IMG/VR virus record: IMGVR_UViG_3300020514_000004
Span: 1 to 49,190 of that record
From: a virus
Lineage: Duplodnaviria; Caudoviricetes
Strand: one strand, 5' to 3'
Length of the DNA stretch: 49,190 nt
In this document: positions 7,883 to 17,976 of the stretch, one piece after another
Position numbering within the stretch: the first letter of the stretch is position 1
Layout of the letters: every line of letters starts with the position of its first letter
Position numbers and translations under genes: made by a program
Notes under the pieces: generated by a model
The model's input: the letters and a program-made list of their open reading frames with translations, nothing else
What the model was told of the DNA's origin: nothing
Database searches by the model: none

Positions 7883-9293
7883 ATCCCTCACCGCCGACCA
7901 CGTTCTCGAGGTCTTGAAGCGGTCCCGGGGCGACTACTCCTCCGAGAACATCCGGTCGTCCATCCAGAAGATGATCGACGCAGGCAAGGTCGACAAGAGC
8001 ATCGCGGGCCACCTTGCCATGGCCTCCGTGTATGCCGGTGACCGCATCGAGGGCATTGGTGCAGGACAGGCAGTGCTCGGCGGCGTCAAGCCCACGGACG
8101 AGCGGTACTTCGAGGGTTCCCCGCAGGAGCTCGCCGCGATGCGCCGCAAGCGCACTGGTGCCCGCCAGGAGTTCCAGACCTCTGTCCCGGCCGAGTACCA
8201 GCCCATCATCAAGGCAGTCTTTGACAGCCCCGCAGGTCGCAAGGCCGTTGCGCGCGCCCTGCGTGTCCGCATGGAGGAGGGAAAGATCCCCACCAACGAG
8301 CGGGCCATCGAGAAGTACGGGGAGGCGATCAAGAACGTCCGCTTCGCCAAGCCCACCTCCACTGCCGGTGTCACCCTTGGCCTCAAGCCGGCGGACGCGG
8401 ACAAGGACCCCGTGCTCGGTCCACCCCCTGGCCGACAGGCTGCCCGCACCGAGTCCCGCCAGATGAGCACCGAAGCCGGCGAGCCGAAGACTTCCGTGAA
8501 GAAGGGTGCGAAGCTTGTGTCTCTGGGCGCTCGCGCATCTGAAACCGCGCGCAAGCAGGCCCGGAAGGAGAAGGCGTTCAAGGTCCTGCGTACCCGCGAG
8601 GAGAACATCGGCGGTCGCCGGGGTAGCCGCAAGGTTGCCGTCGTCGGACCGCCACGCAGCAAGTACGCCATCGAGCAGGAAGCCAAACAGAAGGAACGCG
8701 AGGCTTCGGAGGACGTTGAGTTCGGGCGCGGCAAGCCCACTCAGCCTCGCCAGCTTGCGCTTGAGCCTCGCGTCGTCGGGAAGCCGGGGGAGAAGCGGGA
8801 ACTGGTCGGACCGCTGCGCCTTGCCAAGGACGTTGCCCGTCCGCGACCGACCGTGAGCGGCAAGCCCGAACCCACCGACAAGCCAGCTCCCCGCCGTCTG
8901 CCCATTGTCCGTCGCCGCGGGCGGCAGGAAAGCGTCAAGGTTTCCACGCCCCGAAACTCCCGCGTCCGGCCTACGGTCGAGGGCGTGCTGTCCCGCATCG
9001 CTGCCCGCGCGGAACCGCCGGTGAAGCAGGACACTCCCCCGTACAGCCCCGGCCTGATGCAGACGCTCATGGGTGGTCGGTTGGGTGGCGCGCAGGAGAA
9101 CGTGGTCGTGCCCCCACCTGCCCGCAAGAAGCAGGGCAAGAAGGTGCGGTTGCCCAAGGCGCGGCTCGTGAAGTCGGGCAGCTTCCGCAAGATGGGCAAG
9201 GCGACCCGCAAGCCCATCATCAAGCGACCTGGCAAGGGACCCGGCATGAAGGAGCAGGCGTTTGCCATGTTGGCTAAGAGGTTTGGACGATGA
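7845..9293 (+). CDS. Highly basic Lys/Arg-rich hypothetical protein
   Basis: 482 aa ORF, low-complexity basic C-terminal half. Confidence 0.75.
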   Translation: MATRPLRPIKVPESLTADHVLEVLKRSRGDYSSENIRSSIQKMIDAGKVDKSIAGHLAMASVYAGDRIEGIGAGQAVLGGVKPTDERYFEGSPQELAAMRRKRTGARQEFQTSVPAEYQPIIKAVFDSPAGRKAVARALRVRMEEGKIPTNERAIEKYGEAIKNVRFAKPTSTAGVTLGLKPADADKDPVLGPPPGRQAARTESRQMSTEAGEPKTSVKKGAKLVSLGARASETARKQARKEKAFKVLRTREENIGGRRGSRKVAVVGPPRSKYAIEQEAKQKEREASEDVEFGRGKPTQPRQLALEPRVVGKPGEKRELVGPLRLAKDVARPRPTVSGKPEPTDKPAPRRLPIVRRRGRQESVKVSTPRNSRVRPTVEGVLSRIAARAEPPVKQDTPPYSPGLMQTLMGGRLGGAQENVVVPPPARKKQGKKVRLPKARLVKSGSFRKMGKATRKPIIKRPGKGPGMKEQAFAMLAKRFGR

Positions 9294-9670
9294 AGAGCCA
9301 GCGTGCAAGCAGCGGCGACGAGGTGATCCGTTCGTACTTCGGGCTCGATGGCGTCGCGCTCGCGCTGAAGTCCAGCAATTGGGAGGTGCGGGAGGAGGTG
9401 GAGCGGCTGGTCGAGTTCAGCCGTGACCCCGATCCCAAGGTCGCAATGGCGGCGATGAAGCAGTTGCGTGGCGTGGTGCGCGAGACCGCGGAGATCAACG
9501 GTATCATTGCCAGCCAGAACGCCGAGATCACGCACGTCGAGGGCAACCAGACGGTGAAGATCAGCGCGACGAGCAAGCTCGTCCAGTCCCTCCAGGAAAG
9601 CAAGTCCCATGTCCAAGTCCCCGAAAGCCTCCCCTTCGCAGCCCAGTATCTCCCCGCCCGCGATTCCTGA
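9290..9670 (+). CDS. Hypothetical protein, candidate terminase small subunit
   Basis: 126 aa, helical then beta tail, two genes upstream of TerL; function from position only. Confidence 0.45.
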   Translation: MKSQRASSGDEVIRSYFGLDGVALALKSSNWEVREEVERLVEFSRDPDPKVAMAAMKQLRGVVRETAEINGIIASQNAEITHVEGNQTVKISATSKLVQSLQESKSHVQVPESLPFAAQYLPARDS

Positions 9671-9944
9671 CCACCTGCTCCCCGTGTGGGAGACGCTGGA
9701 CAGACTTGACTCCTTGGATTGCTGGCGGCTCGGTGCCCCGATCCTCCTGGACCTCGGCATCGTTGAGCCCACCGTGTTCCGCGACGCTGAGCCCCCGCAG
9801 ATCGGCGAGATGTTCCGCAGCCGGATCGAGCCCACGGAGGAGTGGTTCCGCATCGCCAGCGACCTGGGCCGATCCATCAAGGACCACAAGCTGCTGACCA
9901 TTGCGCTCCTGCGCGTCGCTGCCGTGAGGCTGGTGGGGTCTTGA
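9609..9944 (+). CDS. Hypothetical protein
   Basis: 111 aa ORF whose TGA overlaps the probable TTG start of TerL. Confidence 0.6.
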   Translation: MSKSPKASPSQPSISPPAIPDHLLPVWETLDRLDSLDCWRLGAPILLDLGIVEPTVFRDAEPPQIGEMFRSRIEPTEEWFRIASDLGRSIKDHKLLTIALLRVAAVRLVGS

Positions 9945-11881
9945 CGCTACTGATCCCGAGGGGCGGCAACGACTTCTATCCCCTGCCGGCGGACTACCTC
10001 ACGCTCACGCCCGAGGGCCAGCGTCTTGCGCGCGTGAACGCGTGCAAGCAGTGGCAGCTCGGCGGGGACCCCAACGACCGGGCGCATGCGCTCGCGGCAA
10101 GCATCAACTTTTTTGATCGTTATTACCTGTACCCGGATTGGGACGAGGACTTCAATCCCTACTTCTACGACGATGACCCCATCGAGTCGCCGCTCGGGCA
10201 CTTCGCCATCTACCGGCTGTGGGCCCTCGCAAGCAAGAGCGTGGCAATCGCACCACGCGGTTTCGCGAAGAGCAACTGTTTCCGAAAGTCGGCACTCCTG
10301 CAGATGGTTAGCCGCCCGGCGTACTCCTTCATCTACGCCACGAGCAGCGGAGACAACGCGGAGCAGACAAGCCAGGTCCTGAAGACTCAGTTCCTCGGCA
10401 ACCAGCGGCTCGCGGACGATTGGGGTCCCGAGTTCCCCGATGGCCGCATCACGCCCAAGCGCGGCGAGCGGTCGTTCGGCGTTGAGATGATGTACCTGAA
10501 CAACGGCAGCTGGTTCCGGGCCATCAGCGCGGAGAGCCGCCAGCGCGGCGGACGCCCGCGCGTGTACGCGCTGGATGACCCGGAGTACGACCCGAAGGCC
10601 AGCACGAGCATGAGCATCCTCCGCTCGTACATGGAGCGTCTGCTGTTCAAGGTGGTCATTCCCATGGTCACCAGGCGTGACACCAGCGTCCGGTGGCTGG
10701 CGACGTTCGTGAGCCGGCGTCACTACGCGTGGCACGCGATGGCGACCGAGCCGGGACCGCAGGGTCCGGTGGCCCGCGACCCTCGCTTCGACCAGTGGGC
10801 ACGCCTGGTGCTCAAGGCCGAGTACGAGGAAGGTGGGGTCCGCAAGTCCTGCTGGCCAGGCATGTGGCCGCTTGACCGGAAGTCCAAGGAGGAGGACCCG
10901 AAGCTGAAGGGGCTGGTCAGCCTGGAGGAGATCCGGGAGATGATCGGCAGCCACAACTACATGGCCGAGTACCTGGCGCAGCCGGGCGAGGCCGAGGACC
11001 TGCACTTCGGCGAGGTCACGCGGGAGAAGCACGGCTGGTGGCTGGAGAACCCTGACCCCCTTGTGGACTCGGACCCGAAGAACAGCGAGGCGACGGTGTG
11101 CTGGCGCGGGAAGGCGGGGACCGAGGAGCGGATGCCCATGGCCTCGTTCCTGAAGGACCGGGTGCGGATGTTCATCACGGTCGACACCAGCTACACGGCA
11201 ACAAGCGACAGCGACTACAAGGTCTGCACCCTGATGGGCTACGACCCGGTGGACGCGTGCCTGTTCGTGCTGGACACCTGGGGCATGCAGTGCCGGGAGC
11301 AGCGGCTGATCGAGGCGGCGTTCGCCATGGCCGGCAGGTGGGGTTGCCCGGCGATCCACCCGGAGGTGGTCCGTCAGTCGTATGGCCTGTACTCGGCGAT
11401 GGAGTCCATGGTCCGGCAGCGTGCGGCTGAGGTGACGGGCGAGACCCCGCCCCGCATCGTCCCCCTGCGCGTGGGCACGCTGGACAAGACGGCGAAGATC
11501 AACGCCCTGCACTACCGGTTCGAGCACGGCCTCATCAAGTTCCCCGTCTGGCGGCGGGGCCAGTTGCCGTGGCGGCTCCTGTTTGACCAGATCGAGCAGT
11601 TCAACCCGGACGCGGAGAGCGGTGGCCTGCAGCACGACGACTTCATCGACACCGTGGCCATGAGCATGTTCGTGGTCAGGGGACGCCTGGACCGCCAGGT
11701 GGCGCACGACGGGCCCGCAGCCCTGGATTTCGACCAGATGCTTGCGGACGGCAGCATCCACGACCAGCTGGTGGGGGGCATGCGCAACGTGGAAGCGATG
11801 CCTTTCGGCTCGGTGGGGGTGGACAGCATTATCAACAGCATGGAGAGAAATGACAATGCCTCACGAGGAACGCGCGTCTAA
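9941..11881 (+). CDS. terL: Terminase large subunit
   Basis: Walker A APRGFAKS, Walker B RGGRPRVYALDDPE, nuclease FITVD and HDDFIDTVAM; start probably TTG 9941 (track ORF begins 9842). Confidence 0.93.
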   Translation: MTLLIPRGGNDFYPLPADYLTLTPEGQRLARVNACKQWQLGGDPNDRAHALAASINFFDRYYLYPDWDEDFNPYFYDDDPIESPLGHFAIYRLWALASKSVAIAPRGFAKSNCFRKSALLQMVSRPAYSFIYATSSGDNAEQTSQVLKTQFLGNQRLADDWGPEFPDGRITPKRGERSFGVEMMYLNNGSWFRAISAESRQRGGRPRVYALDDPEYDPKASTSMSILRSYMERLLFKVVIPMVTRRDTSVRWLATFVSRRHYAWHAMATEPGPQGPVARDPRFDQWARLVLKAEYEEGGVRKSCWPGMWPLDRKSKEEDPKLKGLVSLEEIREMIGSHNYMAEYLAQPGEAEDLHFGEVTREKHGWWLENPDPLVDSDPKNSEATVCWRGKAGTEERMPMASFLKDRVRMFITVDTSYTATSDSDYKVCTLMGYDPVDACLFVLDTWGMQCREQRLIEAAFAMAGRWGCPAIHPEVVRQSYGLYSAMESMVRQRAAEVTGETPPRIVPLRVGTLDKTAKINALHYRFEHGLIKFPVWRRGQLPWRLLFDQIEQFNPDAESGGLQHDDFIDTVAMSMFVVRGRLDRQVAHDGPAALDFDQMLADGSIHDQLVGGMRNVEAMPFGSVGVDSIINSMERNDNASRGTRV

Positions 11882-12104
11882 TCCGCTGTACGTCACCATT
11901 CCGTTCGTATACTTCCAAATGCTTGCCCAGGCTTATTATGGGCAGCAGGTTGCGGACGGGATGACTGCGATGCCCTCGACCCAGAAGGTGCCGCAGCCTG
12001 ATCCCACACCCGCGTCGTCGTTCAACCTCAAGGGCGTGGAGCTCTTCGAGGAGATGCCGCCCGGCTGGAAGTCCCTGAGGAAGCGAAAGACAGATGGCAA
12101 CTGA
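11856..12104 (+). CDS. Hypothetical protein
   Basis: MPHEERASNP after GGAG; bridges terL and portal. Confidence 0.6.
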   Translation: MPHEERASNPLYVTIPFVYFQMLAQAYYGQQVADGMTAMPSTQKVPQPDPTPASSFNLKGVELFEEMPPGWKSLRKRKTDGN

Positions 12105-14103
12105 GGCATACCCGCTACCGAAGGACAAGCACCAACTCGGTCAGATCATCGACCAGCACGTCGAGCGTGAGCTGACGAAGATCACCTATCGCCGGACGCT
12201 GTGGATCCTGGCGTGGTACTACCTGAACGGGTTCCGGCGTTTCGACGTCTTCGATCCGCGCACGAGCCGCGTGGTGCCGTACTACCTCGATGAGGACGGC
12301 AACATGGAGTTCCAGTCCACGGAGCTCATGTCGATCATCGACAAGACCACGGCACGGCTGAACACGATGGACCTGCGTCCCCGTGCGCTTCGGCAGGGGT
12401 TCAGCCTCGCGGGCATCCGGGAGCGGAGCGTGGCGCAGCTGGTGGCGGATGCGGTCGTGAGCGACCAGCAGCTGGAGAAGGTCAAGCGGGACTTCAACTA
12501 CCTGTTCGCGCTGCTCGGCAGTGCCGGCGTGACGGGGCACATGGTCGATCACCCCACCATCGGGTTGACCGCGGACCTGGAGGTCATCCACCCCAAGGAA
12601 CTGCTTCCGTTCCCCAGCCTGGGCCAGGACCACACGAAGGCGCGCGGGATCATCCGCCAGCGCGTCGTGCCCATGGAGTTCCTGCGCGAGCGGTTCGGCA
12701 ACGCGACCATCGAGAAGAACAAGGAGAAGATGGACGCGTGGAGCTGGGAGTACGGGCATGACATGGAGGAGCCGGCGGATGCGCCCGGCAACGGCTATGT
12801 CCTGAACTCCGCGAGCAGCGGTGCGCTCAACGGCATTCCCGGCAAGAACGAGATCGAGGTCGTGAAGGTGCGCGAGCTGTGGCTCGACGGGCCGCGCGGC
12901 ACGGTGGGGCGGTACGTGGTGTCCAGCGGCAACGTGGTGCTGGATGACCGGGACCTGAGCGACGTGGAGACGTATTGCCCGATTGGCATGGCCCGGTTCA
13001 TGGACAACGGCACGTTCCACGGGGCAGGCCTGTTCGACCTCATGTTCGGCATCGTCCGCGAGATGGAACGGCTCCTCAAGAGCCTGTTCAACAACATCCG
13101 CGACATCGACAAGTACGGCGTGCTGGTCATGCCGCAGGGCACCATCAACGAGCGCGCCGTCATGCGCGACATCGGCAAGGGCCTGCGTTACCTGAGCTAC
13201 AGCAAGGATGCGATCCTGGGCGATGACTTCAAGCCCATGGTCATCACGCCGCACAACGCGGGTGACGTGCCGGGCAAGGTCGCGCAGTTCGCGAAGAGCA
13301 TCGTCGACAGCCTGAGCCCGGTGCAGGACCTGCTGCAGGAGAAGGGCCGCGTGGACAGCGCGAGCGGTCTGCAGTTCCTCGACGAGCAGATCAGCAAGGC
13401 GATGACGAACCCCACCAGCGGTGTGCAGGCTGCGTTCGGCGGCATGTACAAGAGCCTGGTGCAGAAGGCGAGCAGGGAGATGCTGGTGAGCGACCGGGCC
13501 CTGCCGGTCAACAAGCTGACGCTCGAGCTCGCGGGTGCGGTGATCGACCCCGAGGAGGGCACGGTCAACTTCAAGAAGAACCCGATCCCGAACTTCAGCC
13601 AGATCAGCTTCACCGTCCGGGACACGAGCCCCAAGAGCGAGGTCGTGCGGAAGCAGGAGGCGATGGGCCTGCTGCAGGCGGGCGTGACGGACCCCGAGGG
13701 CCTGAAGCTGTTCGCGCTGAAGGAAGGCCTCGACTTCGCGATGTGGATGGACGAGGAGAAAAGCGCGTACGAGAGCATCATCCGCAACATCCTGCTGCTG
13801 TACGGCGACGGGCAGCAGAGCCAGCAGATCGTGCTCACCCCGCACACCGCACGACCGGACATGCAGCTCAGGGTGCTGAGCGCGTTCATGTCCAACCCGA
13901 TCATGTCCCTGTCGAGTCCTGGAGTGCAGGACGCGTTCAAGGCATACCGTGAGTCCCTGATCTCGTTCATGGGACAGTCCCTACCCGCGATGGTCCCGAA
14001 CCCCGACGACGTCGCCCTCGTCAACCCCCAGACGGCTGGTGGGGCGGTGGCAGGTCGGATCGGTCCCGGAGCACAACCCCCTCAAGGAGTAGCAAATGGC
14101 TGA
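12094..14103 (+). CDS. Portal protein
   Basis: 669 aa after TerL and before scaffold/capsid; helical content, Q/P-rich tail typical of podovirus portals. Confidence 0.82.
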   Translation: MATEAYPLPKDKHQLGQIIDQHVERELTKITYRRTLWILAWYYLNGFRRFDVFDPRTSRVVPYYLDEDGNMEFQSTELMSIIDKTTARLNTMDLRPRALRQGFSLAGIRERSVAQLVADAVVSDQQLEKVKRDFNYLFALLGSAGVTGHMVDHPTIGLTADLEVIHPKELLPFPSLGQDHTKARGIIRQRVVPMEFLRERFGNATIEKNKEKMDAWSWEYGHDMEEPADAPGNGYVLNSASSGALNGIPGKNEIEVVKVRELWLDGPRGTVGRYVVSSGNVVLDDRDLSDVETYCPIGMARFMDNGTFHGAGLFDLMFGIVREMERLLKSLFNNIRDIDKYGVLVMPQGTINERAVMRDIGKGLRYLSYSKDAILGDDFKPMVITPHNAGDVPGKVAQFAKSIVDSLSPVQDLLQEKGRVDSASGLQFLDEQISKAMTNPTSGVQAAFGGMYKSLVQKASREMLVSDRALPVNKLTLELAGAVIDPEEGTVNFKKNPIPNFSQISFTVRDTSPKSEVVRKQEAMGLLQAGVTDPEGLKLFALKEGLDFAMWMDEEKSAYESIIRNILLLYGDGQQSQQIVLTPHTARPDMQLRVLSAFMSNPIMSLSSPGVQDAFKAYRESLISFMGQSLPAMVPNPDDVALVNPQTAGGAVAGRIGPGAQPPQGVANG

Positions 14104-14980
14104 CGATCAGAACACCGAAGCGCAGGACGATGGCATCGACATGGAGACGGAGCTGGAGCTGGAGGACGGCACGGTCATCAAGGTCGGCGACCTGCTGGCG
14201 CAGGCGAACCGCGCCAAGGAGATGGAGCAGCAGGTCCAGGGCCTGCAGAAGTTCCGGGAGAACGCAACCAAGCTGATGCGTGGCGAGAGCCCGGACGTCC
14301 AGGCGGCGTACGAGGTGCTGCGTGGGGCGGGGTTCAGCGACGAAGAGGCCCGGCAGTACGCGCAGGAGTACGTGGACGAGGAGGGTGGAGACCAGGAGGC
14401 TGACGTGAGCGAGGAAGCGCAGATCGAGCAGATGCTGAAGAAGACCACGCGGGCTGCGGAGGAGCGTGCGGAGGCTGCGCTGAAGCAGACCAACGAGCTT
14501 CGCCTGCGCCTGCTCAAGGAGCAGATGGACAAGAACGTGGTTTCCGCCATTGACGGGAACCCGGAGATCGTTAAGATGTTGGAAACGCTCGACAAGACCC
14601 GTGGCCGCGAGCATGCGGCGGGTGCCTGGCGAGCTCTGCAGGAGCAGGTCCGCGAGGCCACCCTCCGCAACCTCTACTCCCGGCGTGATGCCGAGGGCGG
14701 AAGGTTCAGCGAGGACTGGGTCGCGGACGAAGCCGCGAAGGCGGCCAAGGCTGTTGCAGGAAATTATCGCACGGTCATCGGCGACATTGACGGCCTCGGC
14801 CGGTCGCCGGAAACAGAGAGCGAGCTCGAGTTCCTGAAGGCCAAGCCTGAGGTCAAGCCCCCCGAATTCCAGAAGGGCATGGACCGAGGTACGGTCGACA
14901 AGAGCGTTCGAGAGTTCAACGTAGACGCGCTTTCCCGCATGGCAGCCGACGCAGCGGCTGGTGGGGAAACGAAGGTCTGA
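14096..14980 (+). CDS. Capsid scaffolding protein
   Basis: Acidic coiled-coil protein between portal and capsid; AAGGAG RBS. Confidence 0.7.
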   Translation: MADDQNTEAQDDGIDMETELELEDGTVIKVGDLLAQANRAKEMEQQVQGLQKFRENATKLMRGESPDVQAAYEVLRGAGFSDEEARQYAQEYVDEEGGDQEADVSEEAQIEQMLKKTTRAAEERAEAALKQTNELRLRLLKEQMDKNVVSAIDGNPEIVKMLETLDKTRGREHAAGAWRALQEQVREATLRNLYSRRDAEGGRFSEDWVADEAAKAAKAVAGNYRTVIGDIDGLGRSPETESELEFLKAKPEVKPPEFQKGMDRGTVDKSVREFNVDALSRMAADAAAGGETKV

Positions 14981-15020
14981 TTCATCGCCTCTAACCGGTC
15001 CGTGACCGGAGACAACTACC

Positions 15021-16559
15021 GTGCCTTTTGCACCCCTTAACTCTCTCTTCAATGCGCAGAGCACGCGCATTCAGGAGATCCTCAACAAGAACATCGAGGT
15101 GTTCCTCCCGGCCCTCGACCCGGCGTGGCGGGATACCACGGTCAGCAGCCAGGGCGTCGGTCAGGCCAACCTGATCGGCCGTGACATGAAGATCCTCAAG
15201 ATCTACATGGGCTCGATGGCTGGCGTGCTGGAGATGGCCGACACCCGCAGCAACTTCGTGCTGTACGGTGACGACACCGTCACCAACATCGCGGACAAGA
15301 TGCAGACCCAGGGTCTGACGAACACTTGGCCGGACGCCACTGAAGGCGCGATGGCCAAGCCGTACCGCCTGGGCATCGGCATGAAGGCCATGGTGTCCAA
15401 CCTGCTCGTCACCCTGGGTGAGATGCAGGCCGAGGCCACCCCGGCGTTCATCGGCGAGATCCTTGCGCCCAAGCTCGAGGGTCACGCTCGCCTGATCGCC
15501 CACACGCTCTGCAACTACTGGTACATCAGCGACAACACGTGGTACTCGCTGGGCACCATCACGAGCAAGAGCACTTCGTTCAGCACGAACACCACCGCTT
15601 CCTTCACCCCCGGCGAAGGCAACATCGACCGTTACGCGGTCGGTCAGCGCGTGGACGTTTACGACACCACCGGCGCTACCCGTCGCAACGACGATGGCAC
15701 CGGCAAGCGCGTGAACGCGTTCGTGACCAAGGTGGACGAGGTCAAGAACCTCGTGACCATCACGGTCATCGGCCTGAACTGCCACAACAACGCCACCTCG
15801 GCCCGCAACATCGTGAACACCGACATGGTCGTGTACGCGAACGGCGCGGTCGCTGGTAGCCGTGGTTACGGCATCGCGGGCATCAACAGCTGGCTGAAGA
15901 GCACCGGCAACCTGCTCGGCAATGACGCTGATGGTTCGTCTGACAACCAGATCAACGTCGACACGCACCCCGAGTTCAAGTCGTTCTTCAAGTCGTCGGT
16001 CGGCACCCTGACCGAGCACAAGCTCCGTCAGTACCTCCGCGGCTTCCACCGTGCGAAGGAGAAGTACGGCCAGTACATGGACTGCCTCATCGCCAGCGAC
16101 GGCGTGTGGCTGAACTACGAGAGCCAGAAGATCGGCCAGTACAACCTGGACCGCACCGGCAAGCTCTCGTCGCTCACCAACGAGGGCAGCCAGGAGGGCT
16201 TCAAGTTCACCTTCGACGGCCGCACTTACACGGGTTACACCTCGAACTACATCGAGAACGGCACCGTGTACGGCCTCCGCAAGGGCGGCGCGAACTGGAA
16301 GAAGTACGTTCCGCCGTCGCCGAAGGGCACCCAGAAGTTCGACAAGGCCGAGGCCTTCATCCCCTTCGAGTTCGTGGCCCCGGCTCTCGGGTACTCCACG
16401 ATCAAGGTGCCGATCACCAAGGTCGGTACCGGCAGCGGCAACAGCCTCCTGACCGAAGGCGCTCAGATGCCGGGCATGCTGCGCATGCAGCTCGTCCCGG
16501 ATCAGCCTGCGGGCATGAAGCTGACCGGCGTGACCTTCGACAAGCAGTACGGCGACTAA
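15021..16559 (+). CDS. Major capsid protein
   Basis: 512 aa, very strong codon bias, follows scaffold, GGAG RBS, followed by a terminator. Confidence 0.8.
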   Translation: MPFAPLNSLFNAQSTRIQEILNKNIEVFLPALDPAWRDTTVSSQGVGQANLIGRDMKILKIYMGSMAGVLEMADTRSNFVLYGDDTVTNIADKMQTQGLTNTWPDATEGAMAKPYRLGIGMKAMVSNLLVTLGEMQAEATPAFIGEILAPKLEGHARLIAHTLCNYWYISDNTWYSLGTITSKSTSFSTNTTASFTPGEGNIDRYAVGQRVDVYDTTGATRRNDDGTGKRVNAFVTKVDEVKNLVTITVIGLNCHNNATSARNIVNTDMVVYANGAVAGSRGYGIAGINSWLKSTGNLLGNDADGSSDNQINVDTHPEFKSFFKSSVGTLTEHKLRQYLRGFHRAKEKYGQYMDCLIASDGVWLNYESQKIGQYNLDRTGKLSSLTNEGSQEGFKFTFDGRTYTGYTSNYIENGTVYGLRKGGANWKKYVPPSPKGTQKFDKAEAFIPFEFVAPALGYSTIKVPITKVGTGSGNSLLTEGAQMPGMLRMQLVPDQPAGMKLTGVTFDKQYGD

Positions 16560-16584
16560 TCGCCAACTGCCTGAAGCAAGGCAA

Positions 16585-16616
16585 AAAGGGGTGTGTCCTT
16601 CGGGGCACACCCCTTT
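16585..16616 (+). terminator. Intrinsic terminator, possibly bidirectional
   Basis: AAAGGGGTGTGTCC-TTCG-GGGCACACCCCTTT with cUUCGg loop. Confidence 0.85.
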
Positions 16617-16621
16617 CCCAT

Positions 16622-16630
16622 TGCTAAAAT
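16622..16630 (+). promoter_or_regulatory. Candidate extended -10 promoter, possibly giving a leaderless transcript
   Basis: TGCTAAAAT right after the terminator, 6 nt before ATG 16637. Confidence 0.45.
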
Positions 16631-16636
16631 GGGGGC

Positions 16637-17053
16637 ATGGCAATCCGCATCGTCAATCCGCCTGAGGCCCCCACCAAGCCTGCGCAGAAGCAGGGCGGCA
16701 AGTGCGGTTGCATCGGCAAGCTGATGGGTGCGCAGCAGTCACTGCGCATGCAGCATTGGCTCACGGTCAGTCACGCTGAACACACTGCGCTCGGTTCCGC
16801 TTACGAGGGTCTTGACGGGCTGATTGACGGCTTCGTCGAGGTCGCCATCGGCGCGAAGGGGCGAGGCATCCTGTCCGGCATCACGAGTCTTGAGGTTGGT
16901 GGGGACGCCCAGCGAATCCTGTCCAATCTTGAGTCGGTGCTGCGCAACGAAATCCCATCCGACATCGGCGAGAACGAAACTGCTCTCATGAACATCCGGG
17001 ACGAAATACTCGCCCTGGTGCAGAAGACCCGTTACCTCCTGACCCAGAAGTAA
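16637..17053 (+). CDS. Ferritin/Dps-like four-helix protein (DUF5856-like)
   Basis: HWLTVSHAEHTALGSAYEGLDGLIDGFVE and NIRDEILALVQKTRYLLT. Confidence 0.75.
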   Translation: MAIRIVNPPEAPTKPAQKQGGKCGCIGKLMGAQQSLRMQHWLTVSHAEHTALGSAYEGLDGLIDGFVEVAIGAKGRGILSGITSLEVGGDAQRILSNLESVLRNEIPSDIGENETALMNIRDEILALVQKTRYLLTQK

Positions 17054-17055
17054 CC

Positions 17056-17304
17056 ATGGCGAAGAAGCGATTCAACTTCAAGGCGAAGCATCGGAACCCG
17101 GCTGGTGGGCTCAGTGAGCTCGGCCGGAAGGCGTACAACCGCGCTACGGGCGGCAACCTCAAGCGTCCGCAACCCGAGGGTGGGTCGAGACGAAACTCGT
17201 TCTGCGCCCGTATGCGCGGCATGAAGAAGAAGCTGACAAGCAGCAAGACGGCGAACGATCCCAACTCCCGCATCAACAAAAGCCTTCGGGCATGGAACTG
17301 CTAA
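17056..17304 (+). CDS. Small basic phage protein (DUF6321-like)
   Basis: NPAGGLSELGR, RRNSFCARMRGMKKKLTS, DPNSRINKSLRAWNC. Confidence 0.75.
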   Translation: MAKKRFNFKAKHRNPAGGLSELGRKAYNRATGGNLKRPQPEGGSRRNSFCARMRGMKKKLTSSKTANDPNSRINKSLRAWNC

Positions 17305-17381
17305 TGGCAAAGAAGATCAAGGTCAAGGGCTGCAAGAGCTGCGGCAAGAGCATGTGCAACTGCAAGGGAGGTTGCAAGTGA
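17304..17381 (+). CDS. 25 aa Cys/Lys-rich peptide MAKKIKVKGCKSCGKSMCNCKGGCK
   Basis: TAATG coupling upstream and GTGA coupling downstream; below ORF-track cutoff. Confidence 0.6.
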   Translation: MAKKIKVKGCKSCGKSMCNCKGGCK

Positions 17382-17521
17382 ACATCCTGCAGAACATGAA
17401 GCGCAACATGAATCGTCGCATGAAGGTCAAGCCCAAGGGCATGGGTGCCACCCGTGCGGCAAAGCGCATGAAGATCAAGGGATTCAAGGCTCCCAAGTTC
17501 GGTGGGATGAAGGGCTACTGA
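17378..17521 (+). CDS. 47 aa Lys/Arg/Met-rich peptide (MNILQNMKRNMNRRMKVKPKGMG...KGY)
   Basis: GTG after AAGGGAGG; overlaps upstream stop. Confidence 0.6.
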   Translation: MNILQNMKRNMNRRMKVKPKGMGATRAAKRMKIKGFKAPKFGGMKGY

Positions 17522-17601
17522 ACCACCTGAGGGGTGGGCGGGCAGGGACTCCCGCAGGGGCAGGTCGTAACTGGCCTGCCCCCATTTCGATAAGGACCAC
17601 C

Positions 17602-17976
17602 ATGGCGAAGGACGCGTGCTACAGGAAGGTGATGGCCTCGTACGGCAAGTGGTCGGCGCGTGCAGCGCAGGCCACGGCGAAGTGCCGCAAGAAGAGCGGC
17701 AACGTGCGGAAGACGCAGGCCGGTGCGAACCTGAAGCGGTGGACCGCCGAGAAGTGGGTCGACACCAAGAGCGGCAAGGCGTGCGGGGCCGGGGGGTCGA
17801 ACGAGTACTGCCGGCCCAGCAAGCGCGTGAGCAGCAAGACTCCCAAGACCAGGGGTGAGATGACGAGCGGGGAGCTGGCCCGGAAGAAGGCCGAGAAGAG
17901 CCGCGTCGGAATGCAGGGTGCGTTTGGCAAGAAGGTGTCGCCGATCAGGCGGCTGAGGAGGCTGGGAAATGGCTAA
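17602..17976 (+). CDS. Basic conserved phage protein (DUF5872-like)
   Basis: KWSARAAQ, LKRWTAEKW, YCRPSKRVSSKTPKT; AAGGA RBS. Confidence 0.7.
   Translation: MAKDACYRKVMASYGKWSARAAQATAKCRKKSGNVRKTQAGANLKRWTAEKWVDTKSGKACGAGGSNEYCRPSKRVSSKTPKTRGEMTSGELARKKAEKSRVGMQGAFGKKVSPIRRLRRLGNG

Noticed and set aside
9947-13845. Long antisense ORFs (604 aa, 576 aa) opposite terL and portal, and similar ones elsewhere
   Set aside because: Expected shadows of GC-rich codon bias; no RBS or motifs, and they overlap well-supported genes
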